A program made the position numbers and the translations under genes. A DNA stretch of 63,850 bases, filler included. It is 4 parts of 4 records of this genome, joined end to end, with 100 filler letters (N's around TTAATTAATTAA, not from the genome) between each part and the next. Parts side by side here need not be neighbours in the genome. Positions count along the whole stretch, not along the records: positions 43,244 to 63,850 come from SRR20825006_1691; 3 more parts are not named here. One strand, 5' to 3'. The number at the start of each line of letters is the position of its first letter. The first letter of the stretch is position 1. Below are positions 43,360-54,612 of the stretch, one piece after another. Under the pieces are notes generated by a model. It saw only the letters and a program-made list of their open reading frames with translations, was not told the origin of the DNA and did no database searches.

Positions 43360-45315
43360 ATGAAAAAAAAGAAAGTCAATTTAAAAGATATGAAATCTAA
43401 TTCTGAAAATGGTCATAATCATAATAATGGACATAATCATGATGGTTCCTCAAGTGGATTTAAGACTTATATTCCAGCAGTAATAAGTTTTACAATGCTC
43501 ATTATTGGCATTGTATTAAACTATTTTGATGTTGATTTTTTTGAAAAATGGACTCAGATTGTTTGGTATACCATAGCTTACTTACCAGTTGGATATCCTG
43601 TTTTAAAAGAGGGTTGGAGAAGTATCCGAAGAGGAGATGTTTTTACAGAATTCTTTTTGATGTCCATTGCTACTATTGGCGCTTTCGCCATTGGTGAATA
43701 TCCAGAAGGAGTAGCCGTAATGTTGTTTTATAGTATAGGCGAATTATTCCAAGGCGCTGCAGTAAAGAGAGCAAAAACCAATATAAAAGCATTGTTAGAC
43801 GTTCGTCCAAATGAAGCTTTAGTTTATCGTACTAATAATTATATTTCTGTAAGCCCTGAAACGGTTGCTATCGGTGAGAAAGTACAAGTTCGTGTTGGAG
43901 AAAAAGTGCCATTAGATGGAATTTTACTTTCCAAAAAAGGTTCTTTTAATACAGCAGCTTTGACAGGCGAGAGTAAACCAGATAGTGTTTTGAAAGGAGA
44001 GAAAGTATTTGCAGGAAGTATCAATATGGATGGTGTAATTGAAATTCAAACTACCAAAGAATTTAAAGATAGTTCTATTGCTCGGATTCTTGATATGGTT
44101 CAAAATGCTACGGCACGGAAATCAAAAACCGAATTATTTATTAGAAAATTTGCAAGAGTTTATACACCTATTGTGGTGGTTTTAGCAATAGGAGTAACGT
44201 TTCTTCCATATTTTTTTATAGATAATTATGTGTTTAGAGATTGGTTATATCGAGCTTTAATTTTTCTTGTAATATCATGCCCTTGTGCTTTAGTAATTTC
44301 GATTCCATTGGGCTATTTTGGCGGATTAGGGGCAGCATCTAATAATGGGATATTATTTAAAGGAGCTTCTTTTCTTGATGCAATAACTAAAGTAAACACC
44401 TTAGTAATGGATAAAACAGGAACAGTAACCAAAGGTGTTTTTAAAATAAAAAAAGTTAAGGCTATTGGATATGAAGAAGCAGAATTTATGAAATATCTTA
44501 TGGCAATGGAAGAGCAGTCTACGCATCCAATAGCCAAAGCAATTTTAGAATATAAAATAGGGAATGAATATTTTAAGGCTAACAAAGTTTCGGAAATTGC
44601 CGGAAAAGGATTAAAAGGAACTGTAAATAATAAAACCGTTTTAGTAGGTAACAAATCGTTGATGACTACTAATAATATTCAAGTTACCAAAGAAACAGAA
44701 AGTATTAAAGAATCAATTGTTTTAGTAGCTATAGATGAGGTTTTTGCAGGTTATGTAGTAATTGCAGATGAGTTGAAAGAAGATGCTAAAGAAACAATAA
44801 TCAACTTACATAAAGTAGGTATTACAAATATTATAATGCTTTCTGGTGATAAGGATTCTATTACTCAAAAAGTGGCATCAGAACTAAATATTGAACAGGC
44901 TAAAGGTGGTTTGTTACCTGAGGATAAACTAAATGAAGTTGAGCTTTTACAAAAGAATTCTGAAAGTAGTAGGATTGCATTTATAGGGGATGGGATAAAT
45001 GATGCTCCTGTACTAGCCGCAAGTGATGTGGGAATTGCAATGGGAGGTTTAGGGAGTGATGTTGCTATAGAAACTGCAGATGTTATTATCCAAACAGACC
45101 AACCCTCCAAAGTAGTAAAAGCAATAAAAATAGGAAGATCCACCCGAAAAATTGTATGGCAAAATATCGGGTTGGCTTTTGGAGTAAAAGTGATAGTATT
45201 AATATTAGGAGCTGGTGGATTGGCAACAATGTGGGAAGCAGTATTTGCCGATGTTGGGGTAGCATTGTTAGCAATCTTGAATGCTGTAAGATTACAGAAA
45301 ATGAAATGGGATTAA
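43360..45315 (+). CDS. zntA: Heavy-metal P1B-type ATPase (Zn/Cd/Pb, ZntA/CadA-like)
   Basis: His-rich N-terminus, LTGES, SCPC, DKTGT, HP, GDGINDAP. Confidence 0.92.
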   Translation: MKKKKVNLKDMKSNSENGHNHNNGHNHDGSSSGFKTYIPAVISFTMLIIGIVLNYFDVDFFEKWTQIVWYTIAYLPVGYPVLKEGWRSIRRGDVFTEFFLMSIATIGAFAIGEYPEGVAVMLFYSIGELFQGAAVKRAKTNIKALLDVRPNEALVYRTNNYISVSPETVAIGEKVQVRVGEKVPLDGILLSKKGSFNTAALTGESKPDSVLKGEKVFAGSINMDGVIEIQTTKEFKDSSIARILDMVQNATARKSKTELFIRKFARVYTPIVVVLAIGVTFLPYFFIDNYVFRDWLYRALIFLVISCPCALVISIPLGYFGGLGAASNNGILFKGASFLDAITKVNTLVMDKTGTVTKGVFKIKKVKAIGYEEAEFMKYLMAMEEQSTHPIAKAILEYKIGNEYFKANKVSEIAGKGLKGTVNNKTVLVGNKSLMTTNNIQVTKETESIKESIVLVAIDEVFAGYVVIADELKEDAKETIINLHKVGITNIIMLSGDKDSITQKVASELNIEQAKGGLLPEDKLNEVELLQKNSESSRIAFIGDGINDAPVLAASDVGIAMGGLGSDVAIETADVIIQTDQPSKVVKAIKIGRSTRKIVWQNIGLAFGVKVIVLILGAGGLATMWEAVFADVGVALLAILNAVRLQKMKWD

Positions 45316-45530
45316 ATATAAAATGAGAGAGAAATTTAACAGAATGTGTTGTTTCTAGAAAAAGGTTTGTAACATTCGTTTAAGTAGTTGTTATACAAAT
45401 TATATTAGCCTTTTTTTAGATAAAAATAGTTTTAAAGAGCTGAAAATGTTCAAACCTATTGATTTAACTATCGATAACATACTTCAGAAAGGATCTCAAA
45501 TAGTAGCCTCAGTATTTGAGGGGATTATTG

Positions 45531-48500
45531 CTAGTCATAATCTCTTGTATACGGTTTATTTTTTTTGAAAACCAATATTTTATTTCTGTTTTGGGAAACA
45601 ACATATATATAGGTGTTGTCTATAGCACTTTTAATTTTCAGAATATCTTTGGCGTCATTTGGAACAATAAAACCGCTCTTTAAAGGATCTATACTGGAAA
45701 ATAATGATGTATTGTTAGGATTAAAAACTAAGTTTAACCCTATAAAAGCATCATATTTTCCTACAAAAGTTTCATTGCCGTAATCATTACCTATTAGTAA
45801 TATATTTTGAGGATTTGAAGCTTCTATTATTTTGTTTATTGGAGCTATTTGGGCTTGTTTGGGTAGTGGGTGTATGGTAAAGTTGAAATTTCCTTTGTTT
45901 TCTATATAACAACTTTTATCATAGTTAACTTGTAGCGATATGATATTATCAAGTTCTTCTGGTTTGAACATGGTTTGAAAGTTGGCTTGTCCATATTCCT
46001 TATAAAGCTTGAATTTTTTTCTAAAAATTGGGCTTAATTTGGTAAGATCACCCCAAAAGCTAACAGGGTATTGTTCTAATTCACCTTGATTGTTTTTAAA
46101 ATAGCTAAATAATAAAGGTTCAATACTACCATTATTGTCAAAGTCTTTTGCAATAAGGGTTAAAGGATATGTTTTTGTAGGATGAAAAAAATTGTTCTCT
46201 CCAATATTTCCAACAATAAAATCGGTATCGCCATCTAAGTCCATATCACAAGGCATGATGCATTTCCACCATCCTAAATAATCTGCTAATCCTGTGTTTT
46301 CTATTTTCTGGAAGCCTTTTGATGTATTCTCGAAAATAGTAATTGGCATATATTCTCCTACCACCACTAAATCTTCAAGATTATCATGGTTAATATCTGT
46401 CCATGTAGCATCGGTTATAATTCCTATGTTTTGAAGTTCAGGAGCGTATTCTTTTGTAACATCTGTTAGAATGCCATTTTTGTTCATTAATAAAAAACTA
46501 TTTTCAGGAAGAGGATAAGCTCCTGGTTTTGTACTTCCACCAATAAAAAGATCAGTATAACCATCCTTATTAAAGTCTATAGCTTTTGCAACTGCGGTAT
46601 TGATTGTAGTAGAGGATAATCTTGTTGTGTCTACAATAAATTTTCCACGACCATCATTTATCAATATGATATCTTTATATAGATTTTCTCTCCCATAAAA
46701 TTCATAGCTGCCAGTAGCCAAATAGATATCCATATCCTCATCATTATCAATATCAAAAACTTCAATAGCTGTCTCTTCATATTTGGTTAATGATTGATCA
46801 TTATACAATATTTCTTTATTAAAAGTTCCTTTCTTTGTTTGAAAATATATAGCAGGGGAGTAGTTCGCAGCACTCCCGATAATAAAATCTTGAAGTCCAT
46901 CACCGTTTAAATCGCCACCAGCTAAACATGGTCCATTTTGTGATAATTTATGAGGGAGCGTATACTGTATATTAAAGTCAATTACGTCCTGTTCTTCATG
47001 AGTATAATTTATACCTAATTTTTTACTAACCTCGATAAACTGAGGATTTTGTTCATCTTTAGGAACTAAGGGAAATGATAGTTGCTTTTTGTCAGGTATA
47101 GAGGCTTCGTTATGTTTAAATGTTAATGTAGTATTGCTTAAAATCATATTTTTTTTCTGGTAGGCACCATCAGGCCAGTATATTTCTATGGCTTTTAAAT
47201 TTTTATTTTCCCCAAGACCAAAATGAATAATATGATCCATGGACGACATATATCCACGAGTTAAAAAATGTTCATAGTATTGAAAACTATTATCTAATTG
47301 CCTTAAAACAATTTTGGCTCCAATTCCTAAACGGTTGGTAATAGATCCTTCTAATTTAACTTTAAGGAAGTTATGATTTCTTGATTTATTAAATGTATTT
47401 CTGAAAAGAAAAGCTTTGTCGTTAATATTGTTTACCACGTAATCTAGATCACCATCATTGTCAAGGTCTGCATAAGCAGCACCATTTGAAAAGGATTTTT
47501 GGTTAATACCCCATTCCTTACTACTGTCTTTAAATGTCCAATCTCCATTATTTATAAAACTGTAATTAGGAACTTTAATTACTGGGATAGAATCGAGAAT
47601 TTGTTTAGTACTATAAAAAGGACTAGCGTGTAGCCTAAAATCAGCAAAATCTTTATCGGTAATGTCTCTAGGAAAACCATTAGTTATAAATAAATCCTTG
47701 TAACCATTGTTATTTGCATCCATAAATAAAGGTGACCAACTCCAATCGGTTTTAAACATAGTGGCCATAAGTCCAATTTCACTAAAAGGTAAATTACTCC
47801 CATTACCTTTATGAATCATGTTTCTGATGTGTTGAGGTTCATAATTCCAACGTTTATCAAGAATATTTACAATATAATTTTTATCACCAATAGTAGTTTT
47901 CATTCTATAATTACTATCGCCTAGCATATCAAGTGTTACAATGTCAAGGTTACCATCATTATCATAATCTGCAATATCACAACCCATAGAGAATTTGCTT
48001 TGATGACCTATATATTTTTCTATTTGATTACTGAATGTTCCATCTTGATTGTTTATATATAGAATATCATTAGTAATATAATCATTGGTTACATATATAT
48101 CTGGCCATGAATCTTTATTGATGTCGGCAACACCAATTCCTAATCCAAATCCCTCAATGAGAATGCCCGCTTCTTTTGTTACGTCGGTAAAAGCATTATT
48201 TTGGTTGTTTCTGTATAGTTTATCATTGCTTATGGCAGTTCCATCGGTTATTTTTTTTCTGTAACTTGTTGGGGTAAAGTTATTTTGTTCATTGTTAAGC
48301 ACATATAGATCTAGATAACCATCTTTGTCATAATCAAAAAAAATAGCTCCCATACTATTATCTTTTGAATCAATACCATATGCTTTTGCCATGTCTTTAA
48401 ATATGGGGACATTATTTTTATCAAGTCCCTGATTAATAAAAAGCTGATTTCGTCTTTTATTGGAATTTTTATCAATAGCAGCACAGACATATATGTCAAT

Positions 48501-48875
48501 GAGTCCGTCATTATTAATATCTACAGTTGTAACCCCAGTACTCCAGCGGTTTGTACCTTCAATACCAGATGTTTTTGATGCATCTTTAAATTTAAAATTC
48601 CCTATATTTAAGTATAGTTTGTTAGCTACTTGATTTCCTGAAAAGAAAATATCAGGGAAGGAATCATTGTTAAAATCAGCAATGGCAACACCTCCGCCAT
48701 TAAAAATATATTCTTCAGTAAGAATATTAAAGCTATCTGTCTCTTTTATGATATTGTTAAAATCTATTCCGGTTTCATTGGAAGGTATAAGAGAGAATAG
48801 TGTTGAGTTTTCTTTTTTACAAGATGATATTAATATTACCGTAATAATTGATATGATTACGAATTTAATTTTCAT
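45531..48875 (-). CDS. VCBS/FG-GAP repeat lipoprotein with ASPIC/UnbV domain (CRTAC1-like)
   Basis: Lipobox ISSC, many D.N.DG..D repeats, 'GIGAK', 'RGYMSS...HFGLG', 'WPDG'. Confidence 0.9.
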   Translation of the reverse strand: MKIKFVIISIITVILISSCKKENSTLFSLIPSNETGIDFNNIIKETDSFNILTEEYIFNGGGVAIADFNNDSFPDIFFSGNQVANKLYLNIGNFKFKDASKTSGIEGTNRWSTGVTTVDINNDGLIDIYVCAAIDKNSNKRRNQLFINQGLDKNNVPIFKDMAKAYGIDSKDNSMGAIFFDYDKDGYLDLYVLNNEQNNFTPTSYRKKITDGTAISNDKLYRNNQNNAFTDVTKEAGILIEGFGLGIGVADINKDSWPDIYVTNDYITNDILYINNQDGTFSNQIEKYIGHQSKFSMGCDIADYDNDGNLDIVTLDMLGDSNYRMKTTIGDKNYIVNILDKRWNYEPQHIRNMIHKGNGSNLPFSEIGLMATMFKTDWSWSPLFMDANNNGYKDLFITNGFPRDITDKDFADFRLHASPFYSTKQILDSIPVIKVPNYSFINNGDWTFKDSSKEWGINQKSFSNGAAYADLDNDGDLDYVVNNINDKAFLFRNTFNKSRNHNFLKVKLEGSITNRLGIGAKIVLRQLDNSFQYYEHFLTRGYMSSMDHIIHFGLGENKNLKAIEIYWPDGAYQKKNMILSNTTLTFKHNEASIPDKKQLSFPLVPKDEQNPQFIEVSKKLGINYTHEEQDVIDFNIQYTLPHKLSQNGPCLAGGDLNGDGLQDFIIGSAANYSPAIYFQTKKGTFNKEILYNDQSLTKYEETAIEVFDIDNDEDMDIYLATGSYEFYGRENLYKDIILINDGRGKFIVDTTRLSSTTINTAVAKAIDFNKDGYTDLFIGGSTKPGAYPLPENSFLLMNKNGILTDVTKEYAPELQNIGIITDATWTDINHDNLEDLVVVGEYMPITIFENTSKGFQKIENTGLADYLGWWKCIMPCDMDLDGDTDFIVGNIGENNFFHPTKTYPLTLIAKDFDNNGSIEPLLFSYFKNNQGELEQYPVSFWGDLTKLSPIFRKKFKLYKEYGQANFQTMFKPEELDNIISLQVNYDKSCYIENKGNFNFTIHPLPKQAQIAPINKIIEASNPQNILLIGNDYGNETFVGKYDAFIGLNLVFNPNNTSLFSSIDPLKSGFIVPNDAKDILKIKSAIDNTYIYVVSQNRNKILVFKKNKPYTRDYD

Positions 48876-48928
48876 AAAATTTAGATTTGTAAAAATGTAG
48901 ATTGGAATTATTCTGAAAATTATTTATT

Positions 48929-48961
48929 AAAACACCACCTTGAATGCCTTCAAGATGGTGT
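48929..48961 (-). terminator. Stem-loop between susD and the VCBS gene (terminator/processing site)
   Basis: ACACCACCTTGAA-tgcc-TTCAAGATGGTGT (one mismatch), with a short U tract on the minus strand. Confidence 0.55.
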
Positions 48962-48984
48962 GTATTAGTAGTTGTATGGTAAGT

Positions 48985-50766
48985 TTAATAAGCAGGATCC
49001 TGTGTTAAAGTTGGTTGCCCTTCTTTATATGATCTATCTATTGCCTGAATAGGAATAGGGTAAAATTCATTTTTATTAGGAGTAAATGATATCCCTTCTA
49101 AATAAGTTCTGTATTTGCTTTCACTTTGTAAGTATGAGTTAAGCACTTTAGCAGATATACCCCATCGCTGTAGATCAAAAAATCGATGTCCTTCCATTGC
49201 AAATTCTAGTCGACTTTCAAAGCGAACAGCATTTCTAGCAAAATCTTTCCCTTTGTTAGAAAATGTTCCCGTTGGGTAAGGTTTAATATCATAATTAGCT
49301 GCAGCTTCTCCTTCAACGATACTAAAGTCGTTTCTATCTTTTCCTTGAATTGCTTTTGGAACAAAACCATTTGGATTAGCCGATCTTTCACGGATTTTAT
49401 TCACCAATGCTTCAGCTCGATCTAAACTTCCAATCTCCACTTCGCATTCAGCCAGCCATAATAAAATCATTCCATAACGCATAATTCTATAGTTATTAGC
49501 AGATAGGTTTGCCCAGCCTCCTATACCAAAAGCTTCAGGCTCTGCTACATGTTTTTTGGAAGAATATGGACCTGCATAAGAAACATCTCTTATAAAATCA
49601 AGTTGGTGTAATTTAAAGTCTTTGAATAGAATTCCTGGTCGCCCTAATGTATGATCAATTCTAGGATCAAGAGGTTTAATATATGCTGATAGGCTATCTG
49701 TAGTGATTTCAAAACTTACATCTTCATTATTAAAGTTCTCTAGCATAGGAAGTCCATTTTCAGTTTTAAATGAATTAACCAAGTTTTGGGAAGCTTGGTA
49801 AAACCCACAACATCCCCACGGATCAGTATAAGGATGGGCTAGACCAACTCCTTGATTTGAAGCCTGATCATTAGAGCTGCTAATTGCATATTGTATTTCA
49901 AAAATAGATTCTTGATTATTACGTGTAGCTACCAAAAAATTCTCTTCAAATGTTTGTGCTAGGGAATACCTTTGTAATTCAACAATATCATTTAAAATAT
50001 CCTTAGCTTCTTGAAGTTTTGCAGTGTTTGGATTTCCTTGTTCATCCCAACCTTGATACATTTTAGCTTTAGCTAGAAAAGCTTTAGCAGCCCACTTTGT
50101 AGGTCTTCCCACTTCTCCTTGGGTTTCTGGTAAAATGGCAGCAGCTGCTTCAAAATCGGCTTCAATCATTGGCCAAATTTCTTTATCATTTGGCACTTTT
50201 GTACTTTCAATATTATTTCTATCAAAATTAGTTTCATCTATATATGGAGGCATTCGCCACATCTTTCTAGCTTCAAAATGGAAGAAACCACGTAAAAAAC
50301 GAGCTTCAGCAATAATTTGCTCTTTTCTCTCTTCGCTTATTTCACTATTCTCAAGATTCATTACGCTATTGATAGCATCATTTGTACGTGCTACTCCTTT
50401 ATATAAACCTCGCCATTTATTAGTAATATGGCCGTTGAAGGTTTGGAAATTATAGGTTTCCAAAAATGATTGTTCAGGTTGATCTCCTGCATCGGTTCCT
50501 TTAAGAGCATCGTCTGATGGAATCCCACCAAATACCCAGCTCTGTACATCGTTGTTCCATGCAGATTGACCATCAAGGCCAAGTCCGTTGAGCATTTTGT
50601 ATGCACTTAGGAGAATTCCTTCAACCCCATCTGCATTAGAGATACTAGAATCGCTAAACTGCCCTTGAGGTTCGTGGGTTAAAAATTCGTCGTTACAGCC
50701 AATAAACACTGTTATTATAACAAAGAATATTGTGATAATGAATATATGAGTTTTATTTCTTTTCAT
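48985..50766 (-). CDS. susD: RagB/SusD family nutrient-binding lipoprotein
   Basis: Lipobox IGC, 'AEARFLRG', 'ESIFEIQY', 'RLEFAMEGHRFFDLQRWG', 'PIP', 'Q.P.Y'. Confidence 0.93.
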   Translation of the reverse strand: MKRNKTHIFIITIFFVIITVFIGCNDEFLTHEPQGQFSDSSISNADGVEGILLSAYKMLNGLGLDGQSAWNNDVQSWVFGGIPSDDALKGTDAGDQPEQSFLETYNFQTFNGHITNKWRGLYKGVARTNDAINSVMNLENSEISEERKEQIIAEARFLRGFFHFEARKMWRMPPYIDETNFDRNNIESTKVPNDKEIWPMIEADFEAAAAILPETQGEVGRPTKWAAKAFLAKAKMYQGWDEQGNPNTAKLQEAKDILNDIVELQRYSLAQTFEENFLVATRNNQESIFEIQYAISSSNDQASNQGVGLAHPYTDPWGCCGFYQASQNLVNSFKTENGLPMLENFNNEDVSFEITTDSLSAYIKPLDPRIDHTLGRPGILFKDFKLHQLDFIRDVSYAGPYSSKKHVAEPEAFGIGGWANLSANNYRIMRYGMILLWLAECEVEIGSLDRAEALVNKIRERSANPNGFVPKAIQGKDRNDFSIVEGEAAANYDIKPYPTGTFSNKGKDFARNAVRFESRLEFAMEGHRFFDLQRWGISAKVLNSYLQSESKYRTYLEGISFTPNKNEFYPIPIQAIDRSYKEGQPTLTQDPAY

Positions 50767-50770
50767 GATA

Positions 50771-53700
50771 TTATAAATTTACGTTTAGGCCTAAAATAAA
50801 TGTTCTCGATACGGGCATATATCCTCCATCAAACCCTAATGTAGCATCGTCTTCTGTACCAACTTGTACTTCTGGATTAAGTCCTGAATATTTTGTAAAC
50901 GTGTATATATTCTGCGCTTGAAGGTATAGTTGTAATCCAGAAATAGATTTTAAAACAGATTTTGGGAAATTATAAGACAATTGAACACTTTTGAGTCTAA
51001 AATAACTTCCGTCTTCAATAAAATAAGAAGAAGGTTGGCTACTTGTCTGGTCATTAGCATCCATAATTGGTACAGTAGCATTAGGATTAGCAGCTACCCA
51101 TTGTGATTTAGGAGCGCTAGGGTTTGAAGGTTGCCAAGCATCGTTTAAAGCTCTAGAAGATCTATTTCCTTGAAATGTATTAAAATCGGCAAAATAGCGT
51201 ATGTAGTTATATATATCGTTTCCTTGACTCCCGTTTGCGAAAATATTTAGGGTTAAGTTTTTATATGACAAATCTATATTGATTCCGTAGGTAAACTCTG
51301 GATGGGGGCTTCCAATAATAGTTCTATCACTATCATTAATGATTCCGTCATTATTAACATCAGCATATTTAAATTTACCCACCGAGTTATATGAGCCATA
51401 AGGAGCCCAAGCATCGGCTTCTTGTTGCGATTGAAATATACCTAAGACTTGGTATCCATAAAAAGAGGATACGGGGACTCCTGCTTGGGTTAATGTAACA
51501 GCAGCAACTCTAGATGTGTTTCCTAAGAATCGAGTATCTTCACTTTCATCTAATTGATTTACTTCATTGGTATATCTTGAAAAGTTTCCTGTAACATTAA
51601 AGCCGAAATCCCCTTTGGTATCTCCGTAACCAAGACTAATATCATAGCCTTCATTGGTCATTTTCCCTACATTAAAGTAAGGTGCTAATGCATCTCCAGC
51701 GGTATAGGTAATTGGGGTTTGAAATAGCATATCCGAAGTAACTCTATTCCAAATGTCTAAATTAAATGTAAGTCTGTTATTAAGCATAGAAACATCAACT
51801 CCATAGTTGTTGGAAGTTGTAGTTTCCCATTTAGCATTTGGGTTTCCAAAAGCTTGAATATCAAATCCTATAGTAGGACTTGTAGTGCTTCCATCAATAG
51901 GATACCCAGCATGTAAAATATCGGATCTATAGGTAGTGTATGCATTGTAGTCTCCTATTTCTTGATTTCCTGTTTGACCCCACCCGTATCGTAATTTCAT
52001 GTCATCTATGAACGGCAGGGCATTTTTAAAGAATTTTTCATCAGAAATACGCCATCCCAAACTGAAGGCAGGGAAGAAGGCGCTTCTAGAAGCGGATTGG
52101 AATCGGGAAGAAGAATCATTTCGTAAGATTACTTGTACTAAGTATTTTTGATCATAAGCATAATTAAATTTCCCAAAAAGAGAGAATAAACTATAATCAT
52201 TAAAAACAAATCCATAATTAGTAGCAGTAGTAGCATCTCCTAGATTTAAATAACTTAATACATCGGTGGTTTCAAAAGCAAAACGTTCTCTTCTAGCTCC
52301 AAATTCTTCACCAAAAGCACCTATAGCTTCGGTACCTACGTATGCATCTATTTTATGTTTGTCTTTTATGGTAGCACTATATGTTAAAATATTATTCCAT
52401 ATCCATTGGTATTCATAACTATTCCTAGCGGTTGAGCTATTAATAAAATTACCTTCAACATACTCAGGTTGTGGTCTTCCTAATTCTTTTATCCTAGAAT
52501 TAGTAAAATCTACTCCTAAACTAGTTTTGAATTCTAAGTTTTCTAAAATGTCATAAGAAGCGAAAACATTCCCGAAGGCTCGCAATCTATATCTTCTATT
52601 ATCTTGGGCTCTACTAAGAACAGCATATGGGTTGAAGTTGTTACCTAAATTAGCTCCTCTGCTTCCTGCAAAATTGCCCATAATATCATAAACAGGTAAT
52701 AGGGGGTGTTGTTTATAAGAACTAGAAACAGCATTTTGCTCCTCGTTATTCCCAAACCCTCCTTTTCTGTTATCAAAAGAGACGGTGAAATTTTCTCCAA
52801 TTTTTAACTTTTGATCTAAAGCTCTAAATTCTGTATTTGCTCTGAGAGAAATTCGATCGTATGAGACAAATTTTACTGCTGCTTCCTGAGATACGTATCC
52901 GAGACTCATGGCATAACGGGAATTTTCAGTTGCTCCAGATGCGCTTATTTGATGACTTAGAGTTGGTGCAGCTCTTGTAGTAACTTCATCCCACCAGTAA
53001 GTATCGGCAGCTCGGGTTATAGGGTATATGTTTCCGGGTTCTAATGCATATAAATTTGGATTTACTCCTGGAGTACCTTCAAAAGTCCCACTTGGAAAAA
53101 CATAATCTGGAATGGTAACCTCTCCATTAGTTCCAAATTTATATTGTCCATGTGATGGTGTTTTACCTGCATATAAATCGGCTAAGTATAAATATTTACC
53201 TAATTCTTTAGCATTTAAGGCATCCACGTCTTCTGATACAGACTGTAAGCCATAAAAAGTTGAATAACTAATCTGAGGTTTCCCTATTTTACCTTTCTTA
53301 GTAGTAATGATGATTACGCCATTAGCAGCTCTAGATCCATAAATAGAAGCTGCAGAAGCGTCTTTTAAAACCTGCAGAGTCTCTATGTCATTCGGATTTA
53401 AATTTGATTGAGATTTTGATGGAACTCCATCAATTATATATAAAGGATCATTGTTTCCTATAGTACCAAAGCCACGTATCCTAACAGTGGCTTCTCCTCC
53501 AGGGGTAGCATCATTTACTATAGAAATTCCAGAAGCCCTTCCTTGTAACTGTTGTGCAAATGTTGTTGCGGGTACAGCTAGTAAGTCTTTGGTCTCAATG
53601 GTGGTAACAGCACCAGTAACCTCTCTTTTCGACTGAGATCCGTATCCTGTTACAATAACTTCATCTAATGAGGTCGCATCTTCAACAAGAGTGATATCAA

Positions 53701-53971
53701 TTTTGGTTCTGCCTTTTAGCACTATTTCTTGTTGTCTAAAACCAATGAAGCTATATATAAGCACAGCCTCTTCTTCGGTTTCTATAGAATAGCTACCATT
53801 AAAATCTGTTTGGGTTCCAACACTGGTACCTTTTACTATAATATTTGCTCCTGGTAAGGGCACCCCTTGCGAGTCGTATACAGCACCAGAAACAGTAACT
53901 TGTGCAAGTATCATTTGTGAGCAAAGGATACAAGTTAAAAACAATAGTTTTTGTAGAAAAAGTTTACTCAT
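50771..53971 (-). CDS. susC: SusC/RagA TonB-dependent transporter
   Basis: CarboxypepD-like N-terminus, 'LDEVIVTGYG', 'PLYIIDG', 'LKDASAASIYGSRAANGVIIITTKKG', 'WETT', C-terminal 'GLNVNL'. Confidence 0.95.
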   Translation of the reverse strand: MSKLFLQKLLFLTCILCSQMILAQVTVSGAVYDSQGVPLPGANIIVKGTSVGTQTDFNGSYSIETEEEAVLIYSFIGFRQQEIVLKGRTKIDITLVEDATSLDEVIVTGYGSQSKREVTGAVTTIETKDLLAVPATTFAQQLQGRASGISIVNDATPGGEATVRIRGFGTIGNNDPLYIIDGVPSKSQSNLNPNDIETLQVLKDASAASIYGSRAANGVIIITTKKGKIGKPQISYSTFYGLQSVSEDVDALNAKELGKYLYLADLYAGKTPSHGQYKFGTNGEVTIPDYVFPSGTFEGTPGVNPNLYALEPGNIYPITRAADTYWWDEVTTRAAPTLSHQISASGATENSRYAMSLGYVSQEAAVKFVSYDRISLRANTEFRALDQKLKIGENFTVSFDNRKGGFGNNEEQNAVSSSYKQHPLLPVYDIMGNFAGSRGANLGNNFNPYAVLSRAQDNRRYRLRAFGNVFASYDILENLEFKTSLGVDFTNSRIKELGRPQPEYVEGNFINSSTARNSYEYQWIWNNILTYSATIKDKHKIDAYVGTEAIGAFGEEFGARRERFAFETTDVLSYLNLGDATTATNYGFVFNDYSLFSLFGKFNYAYDQKYLVQVILRNDSSSRFQSASRSAFFPAFSLGWRISDEKFFKNALPFIDDMKLRYGWGQTGNQEIGDYNAYTTYRSDILHAGYPIDGSTTSPTIGFDIQAFGNPNAKWETTTSNNYGVDVSMLNNRLTFNLDIWNRVTSDMLFQTPITYTAGDALAPYFNVGKMTNEGYDISLGYGDTKGDFGFNVTGNFSRYTNEVNQLDESEDTRFLGNTSRVAAVTLTQAGVPVSSFYGYQVLGIFQSQQEADAWAPYGSYNSVGKFKYADVNNDGIINDSDRTIIGSPHPEFTYGINIDLSYKNLTLNIFANGSQGNDIYNYIRYFADFNTFQGNRSSRALNDAWQPSNPSAPKSQWVAANPNATVPIMDANDQTSSQPSSYFIEDGSYFRLKSVQLSYNFPKSVLKSISGLQLYLQAQNIYTFTKYSGLNPEVQVGTEDDATLGFDGGYMPVSRTFILGLNVNL

Positions 53972-54612
53972 AATAGAAGAGTTTGTTAATAATTAGTTGT
54001 TTTGCTTTTAATAAAAGAGGTTAAATTTCTATAACACATATTATTTATATACGATATTTATGATGATTATAATTTATGTTAAATTAACTTAAAAATTGAT
54101 ATGTTTTAATAAAAATTATTAATATTTCTTTGTTTTAATTCTTATTTTTACTTATGTAGCCTTTTTAATTATTAAGGTGAAGAGGTTGCTTCTTATTTTT
54201 GTAAGAATTTTTATACGAAGAGTATATACTATTTATTTATAGTTTATTTTACTCTTTTATTAGTGCTTATATGCTTATAGTTAAAATTGTCTTTAAAGTA
54301 TAATGAAAGCCTATGTATTTAAGTGAAAGTTTGTCCTATAATATTTTTCGAATTTTAATTATCTTTTAAGAGTAAAGAGCTGTCTTTGGGGTGCAGATGA
54401 TAAGATTATACAGCGGGTTCTTTATGCTATTTATTGAAGAGAATTACTAATCTAGAAAGGGTGTCAAAGATTAATAATATAGGTGATAGGGTTCTAATTG
54501 TATGGAAAGCTTATACTGGGGGGATTAATTATAATTCTATGCTTAAAGAAAGATGATATATATGAAGTGAAGAATATTCAAATTTCTTCAAGCATAGATT
54601 AAAAAAATAATT

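Noticed and set aside
53972-54612. ncRNA or riboswitch upstream of susC
   Set aside because: Very AT-rich, with no recognisable cobalamin/TPP motif or stable structure by eye.
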